This document shows positions 7,546 through 10,597 of a DNA stretch of 10,597 nt, piece after piece (position 1 is the stretch's first letter; every line of letters starts with the position of its first letter). Where the stretch lies: assembly GCA_048941015.1 (NCBI GenBank), contig JBHLNZ010000095.1, forward strand, positions 1-10,597, in the 5' to 3' direction. Below the pieces are notes generated by a model. It was not told where the DNA came from, did not search any database, and saw only the letters and a list, made by a program, of their open reading frames with translations. This stretch comes from Promethearchaeota archaeon. Lineage in GTDB: Archaea > Asgardarchaeota > Lokiarchaeia > Sigyniarchaeales > SOKP01. The position numbers and the translations under genes are program-made.

Positions 7546-8508
7546 TTATAATAAACATAAAATGAATGATTGTGAATCTGAAATTGAATCTAAATTAAGT
7601 TTTTTATTTTCTTTTAGGAAATCAGAAATCGGGATTCCTTTTTCAAAAATTTCATTAAATTTATCAAAAAAGATTTGATATATGCTCTTATTTCTAGAAA
7701 TATAATATCCTATTAATTTTTTAGACGGATCAAAACTAGGTTGAATTAGAGCATCATCAGTTAAACTAAAATTGCTAAAATCTTCATCTGTAACATGTAA
7801 TTTTATGCTTCTTATATCTAAATCATATCCTTTCACATGTTCGGATAATAAAGTAAATTCTTCACTTTTCAAAATTTCTTTAATTAATTCTGAGTTAAAT
7901 ATAACTTCAATTTTTAGCTTTTTTAAATTATCTTTAATTTTTATCATACTGTTAGTCATTAGTTCTTTTAATTCCTGAGGAATATTAGATGCCCCAACCT
8001 TCTTTAAGACTGAAATCAAATCGTTCTCATATCTAATTCCCATTGCAATTTTACATTGATTTTCTGCTAAGAAAAATTGGTATGTTTCCTCAAGATTTTT
8101 AAGATTATATTTTATAAATTCTACATATTCTTGGGTAATTTGTTGATCTAATTCATAGTGTTTAATAAATTGATCCAGAGTAGTTTCTGCTTTTTGTTTT
8201 TTTTCTTGAAATTGCTGTGATAATTCTTCAATTCTATTATTGACAATTTTTTGCCATAATGGAATAACCGGGGTTGATAAATGTATTTTCATGGGTCTGT
8301 CGTAAATTTGAACAAGTTCTAACTCGTTTAAAACGGAACAAATTTTATAACCTCTTTTTAACGTAAGGTTAAACTTCGAGCTTACTTCTTTGAGGTTTTC
8401 TATTCTTTTATTTAATAATAAATAATGATAGATCTTTTCAATACCTTTTTCTATCACTCCAATAGTGTCAAATAAATTGCTTAGAGCTAAAAATTGATCA
8501 TCTTCCAT
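7546..8508 (-). CDS. TrmB-like transcriptional regulator (N-terminal winged HTH, coiled coil, C-terminal alpha/beta effector-type domain); start revised to ATG 8508 (320 aa)
   Basis: N-terminus 'EKIYHYLL..ENLKEVSSKFNLTLKRGYKICSVLNELELVQIYDRPMKIHLSTP' fits the TrmB wHTH spacing. It is followed by a coiled coil (NNRIEELSQQFQEKKQKAE) and a C-terminus resembling archaeal TrmB tails (FSLTDD...GYYISRNKSIYQIFFDKFNEIFEKGIPI). SD AGGTGA (8518..8513) lies 4 nt before ATG 8508. Family call is by eye. Confidence 0.62.
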   Translation of the reverse strand: MEDDQFLALSNLFDTIGVIEKGIEKIYHYLLLNKRIENLKEVSSKFNLTLKRGYKICSVLNELELVQIYDRPMKIHLSTPVIPLWQKIVNNRIEELSQQFQEKKQKAETTLDQFIKHYELDQQITQEYVEFIKYNLKNLEETYQFFLAENQCKIAMGIRYENDLISVLKKVGASNIPQELKELMTNSMIKIKDNLKKLKIEVIFNSELIKEILKSEEFTLLSEHVKGYDLDIRSIKLHVTDEDFSNFSLTDDALIQPSFDPSKKLIGYYISRNKSIYQIFFDKFNEIFEKGIPISDFLKENKKLNLDSISDSQSFILCLL

Positions 8509-8512
8509 CAAA

Positions 8513-9055
8513 TCACCTATCTTCAATTTTTTCTAAAGCTTTAACTAAAGTTAACTCAGTTAATACCTCAAATGTTTTATTTACATTTTGACCTGTCTTA
8601 CTAGATATTTCGGCAAAAGATGCCATATTATTTTTTTCTGCTATTTGGATCCCATATTCTCTTGGAACCTTACGCTGATTATCTGCAAGATCAATTTTCG
8701 AACCAACAAGCATAATTGGAATGAGCCCTCCTTTTTGGCGAACTATGCTTGTCCATTCATTAATGTTATCGAGAGTTTGAGGTCGTGTAATATCATAAAG
8801 GAGAAAAGCCGCATTTGCACCTAAACAATAAGTTGGCAAAAGAAATCGAAATCTTTCTTCCCCTCCAACATCCCAAATTTGTAATTTAACCTTTTTTCCT
8901 TGGAGTTCGACAGTTTTAACGTGGAAATCAACTCCAATAGTTAACCGCTCTGATGGATTGAAAAGATTATAGACATAACGCTTAGTGAAGGATGTTTTTC
9001 CTACACTTGCGTCACCTAACAATAAAAGCTTGAAAGTGTAATCATATGTTGGAAT
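8513..9055 (-). CDS. Rab-like small GTPase (Ras superfamily); probable start ATT 9055 (180 aa), ORF track start TTG 9022
   Basis: G1 GDASVGKT, G2/RabF1 TIGVDF, RabF2 KLQIW, G3 DVGG, RabF3-like RFRFLL, RabF4-like YCLGA, RabF5 LLYDIT, G4 SKID, G5 SSK. In-frame upstream codons add IPTYDYTFKLL, matching the Rab beta-1 strand. Confidence 0.93.
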   Translation of the reverse strand: MPTYDYTFKLLLLGDASVGKTSFTKRYVYNLFNPSERLTIGVDFHVKTVELQGKKVKLQIWDVGGEERFRFLLPTYCLGANAAFLLYDITRPQTLDNINEWTSIVRQKGGLIPIMLVGSKIDLADNQRKVPREYGIQIAEKNNMASFAEISSKTGQNVNKTFEVLTELTLVKALEKIEDR

Positions 9056-9062
9056 TTATAGA

Positions 9063-9067
9063 CACCT
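9063..9067 (-). promoter_or_regulatory. Shine-Dalgarno-like site for the Rab-like gene
   Basis: AGGTG located 7 nt upstream of ATT 9055; the same core precedes the MDR and TrmB-like genes. Confidence 0.55.
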
Positions 9068-9289
9068 TTATAAGAATTAATTTTTACCTCAAATTTAATT
9101 AAGCTACGTCATTATGCTAGGGTTTTATTATTTATATAATGTACCCAATTAAAACGATTTTTTGATTATTTCTTATATAAAAATAATTAAAATTGTCTTT
9201 TTTAACTGTTTACTTTTTATTAAAATTATTCATTGTTAGGAACAAGAATCTATATACCTACCAAACCGAGAGAGAAAGCTTTAATTTGT

Positions 9290-9841
9290 TTATTTTTCTT
9301 GAATAATTTCTTTTAAACTCTTATAAATTATAGGATTTAATTCAGTTTCAAGATGATTTTTTAATTCATTTCTAATTATAAAATTTTCTTTATGATTTGA
9401 TAAAAATTTAATAACACTCCATCGTACTGAATCATCTGGATCATCTAATAAAGGTAATAAAAATTTTATATACCTCTCATCGTTATTTTCGTTAATTTTC
9501 ATTACGGCACGGGCACGAACAATAAAATCGGGATTATAAAGTTGAGGTAATAAATGATAATCAATGTTATTATCTTTTACAAAGTTCAAAATAAATTGAA
9601 ATAAATCTTTTTTAAAATTATGAGTTTGATCTAATTCTGCAATAATTCTATTAATAGTATGTTCTGGTATTTTGTTTCCTAATTTCAAAAGACTTTCAAA
9701 AGATACGAAAAAATTTTCTGAAATATCATATTTTAAGTAATTTAAAAGCTTTTTAATTATTTTGTCGCTAACTTTTGAGACCTCTATGACATCCCAGTTA
9801 TCATCTTCCTTGTAATTTTTATTATCCCTTAAATAATTCAC
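9290..9841 (-). CDS. HEAT-repeat (PBS-lyase/HEAT_2-like) protein; GTG start
   Basis: Repeats LLPQLYNPDFIVRARAVMKI and LLPLLDDPDDSVRWSVIKFL, plus a degenerate LKNHLETELNPIIYKSLKEI. Confidence 0.82.
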   Translation of the reverse strand: MNYLRDNKNYKEDDNWDVIEVSKVSDKIIKKLLNYLKYDISENFFVSFESLLKLGNKIPEHTINRIIAELDQTHNFKKDLFQFILNFVKDNNIDYHLLPQLYNPDFIVRARAVMKINENNDERYIKFLLPLLDDPDDSVRWSVIKFLSNHKENFIIRNELKNHLETELNPIIYKSLKEIIQEK

Positions 9842-10265
9842 GACTTTATCGGTTGCATTTTATTCTTAACTTTAATAAAAATTTACGTAAACTTTTTTAA
9901 TATATTTGTTATTAAATTAGAAATAAATAACTCAATCTCAAATTTTTATAAAAAATGTCAACATAAAGCAAAAAAAAATTAAGCGGTTAATATAATATTA
10001 ACTTGTGGATTCTAATTAAATTATATTAGATCAAAAAAACAAGTGAATAAAACTTAAGATGAGAAGAACAAAATTTTAACCAGATTTAATGAATGTGTAA
10101 ATCTTTGACACTATTGTATAAAATATCTTAATACTATGCGCGGTTGAATTAAAACCCAATAATATTAAATTATGAATTACTGTCTTAGTATCTCAAAATA
10201 ATTTTTATTCCCTAAAGAATTATTCTTTTTATATTTTAATCTATTTATAAAAAGGTTAGATTTAA

Positions 10266-10597
10266 TTGAATGACTTATTCTCGGAAATTGATGACATTTT
10301 TCATTCAAAATCTCTAGCAATCTATGGTGTGAGTAGGAAAGGAGGTTTGGGAAATATTTTATTACAGGGATTCATTGATCAAGAATTTCCTAAAATTTTT
10401 ATCATTAATCCTAAAATAACTGAAGCTAATTTTAAAATAATGGGAATACCTATTTTCACAGATTTAAAATCCATTGGAGAGCCTGTAGATCTGGTTGTTT
10501 GCTCCACTCATCCTAAATTTGTTAAAGATATCATTATTGAATGTGGTGAAAACGGAGTAAAAGCAGTAATCATTTTTTCAGCTGGATTTGGTGAAAA
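10266..10597 (+). CDS. ADP-forming acetate/acyl-CoA ligase alpha subunit (CoA-binding domain), truncated by the window end; not in the ORF track
   Basis: Manual translation from TTG 10266 (in-frame TAA just before it, AAAGGT at 10251-10256): MNDLFSEIDDIFHSKSLAIYGVSRKGGLGNILLQGF...IFIINPK...PVDLVVCSTHPKFVKDIIIECGENGVKAVIIFSAGFGE. This matches the ACD pattern 'F.P.SVAVIGAS...VNP...VDLAV...ECG..GVK..II.SAGF.E'. Confidence 0.88.
   Translation, partial: MNDLFSEIDDIFHSKSLAIYGVSRKGGLGNILLQGFIDQEFPKIFIINPKITEANFKIMGIPIFTDLKSIGEPVDLVVCSTHPKFVKDIIIECGENGVKAVIIFSAGFGE

Noticed and set aside
7772-7978. 68-aa plus-strand ORF
   Set aside because: Antisense shadow of the TrmB-like gene; Ser/Leu/Phe bias is typical of reverse frames.
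8509-8526. TTG start at 8526 for the TrmB-like ORF
   Set aside because: ATG 8508 has an AGGTGA directly upstream and avoids a 14-nt overlap.
8588-8824. 78-aa plus-strand ORF
   Set aside because: Antisense shadow of the GTPase gene.
20-9055. CAAX protease processing the nearby small GTPase
   Set aside because: The GTPase has no C-terminal Cys motif, the CPBP protein lacks its catalytic His residues, and the genes are over 7 kb apart.
9104-9112. Mini-ORF ATG-ACG-TAG in the GTPase leader
   Set aside because: Two-codon ORFs arise readily by chance; no support without TSS data.
4000-9841. Eukaryotic contamination explaining the Rab/LRR/HEAT genes
   Set aside because: Genes are intronless, densely packed, SD-led and interleaved with prokaryotic enzymes at similar base composition.
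1-10597. CRISPR array, tRNA/rRNA, IS or integrase
   Set aside because: No regularly spaced direct repeats, GC-rich structured island, transposase motif or terminal inverted repeats seen by eye.

Overview
AT-rich, intronless, prokaryotically organised window, most likely from an Asgard archaeon (Lokiarchaeia/Promethearchaeia-like). This assignment is inferred from a Rab-like small GTPase, a HEAT+LRR protein, a HEAT protein, AGGTG(A)-type ribosome-binding sites and oligo-T terminators. Gene order: degenerate CPBP/Abi membrane protease (+); ThDP enzyme (ILVBL/2-hydroxyacyl-CoA-lyase-like rather than classical IlvB) followed by a Zn-dependent MDR dehydrogenase (-); HEAT-LRR protein (-); small 4-TM protein (+); 4-hydroxybutyryl-CoA dehydratase-family Fe-S flavoprotein (+); HEAT protein, Rab-like GTPase and TrmB-like regulator (-); and a 3'-truncated ADP-forming acyl-CoA ligase alpha subunit missed by the ORF track (+). 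Most notable: the Rab-like GTPase stop codon sits inside the ribosome-binding site of a TrmB-like transcription factor gene (candidate GTPase-transcription factor module), and the GTPase appears to need a non-canonical ATT start. No CRISPR array, RNA gene or mobile element was recognised.
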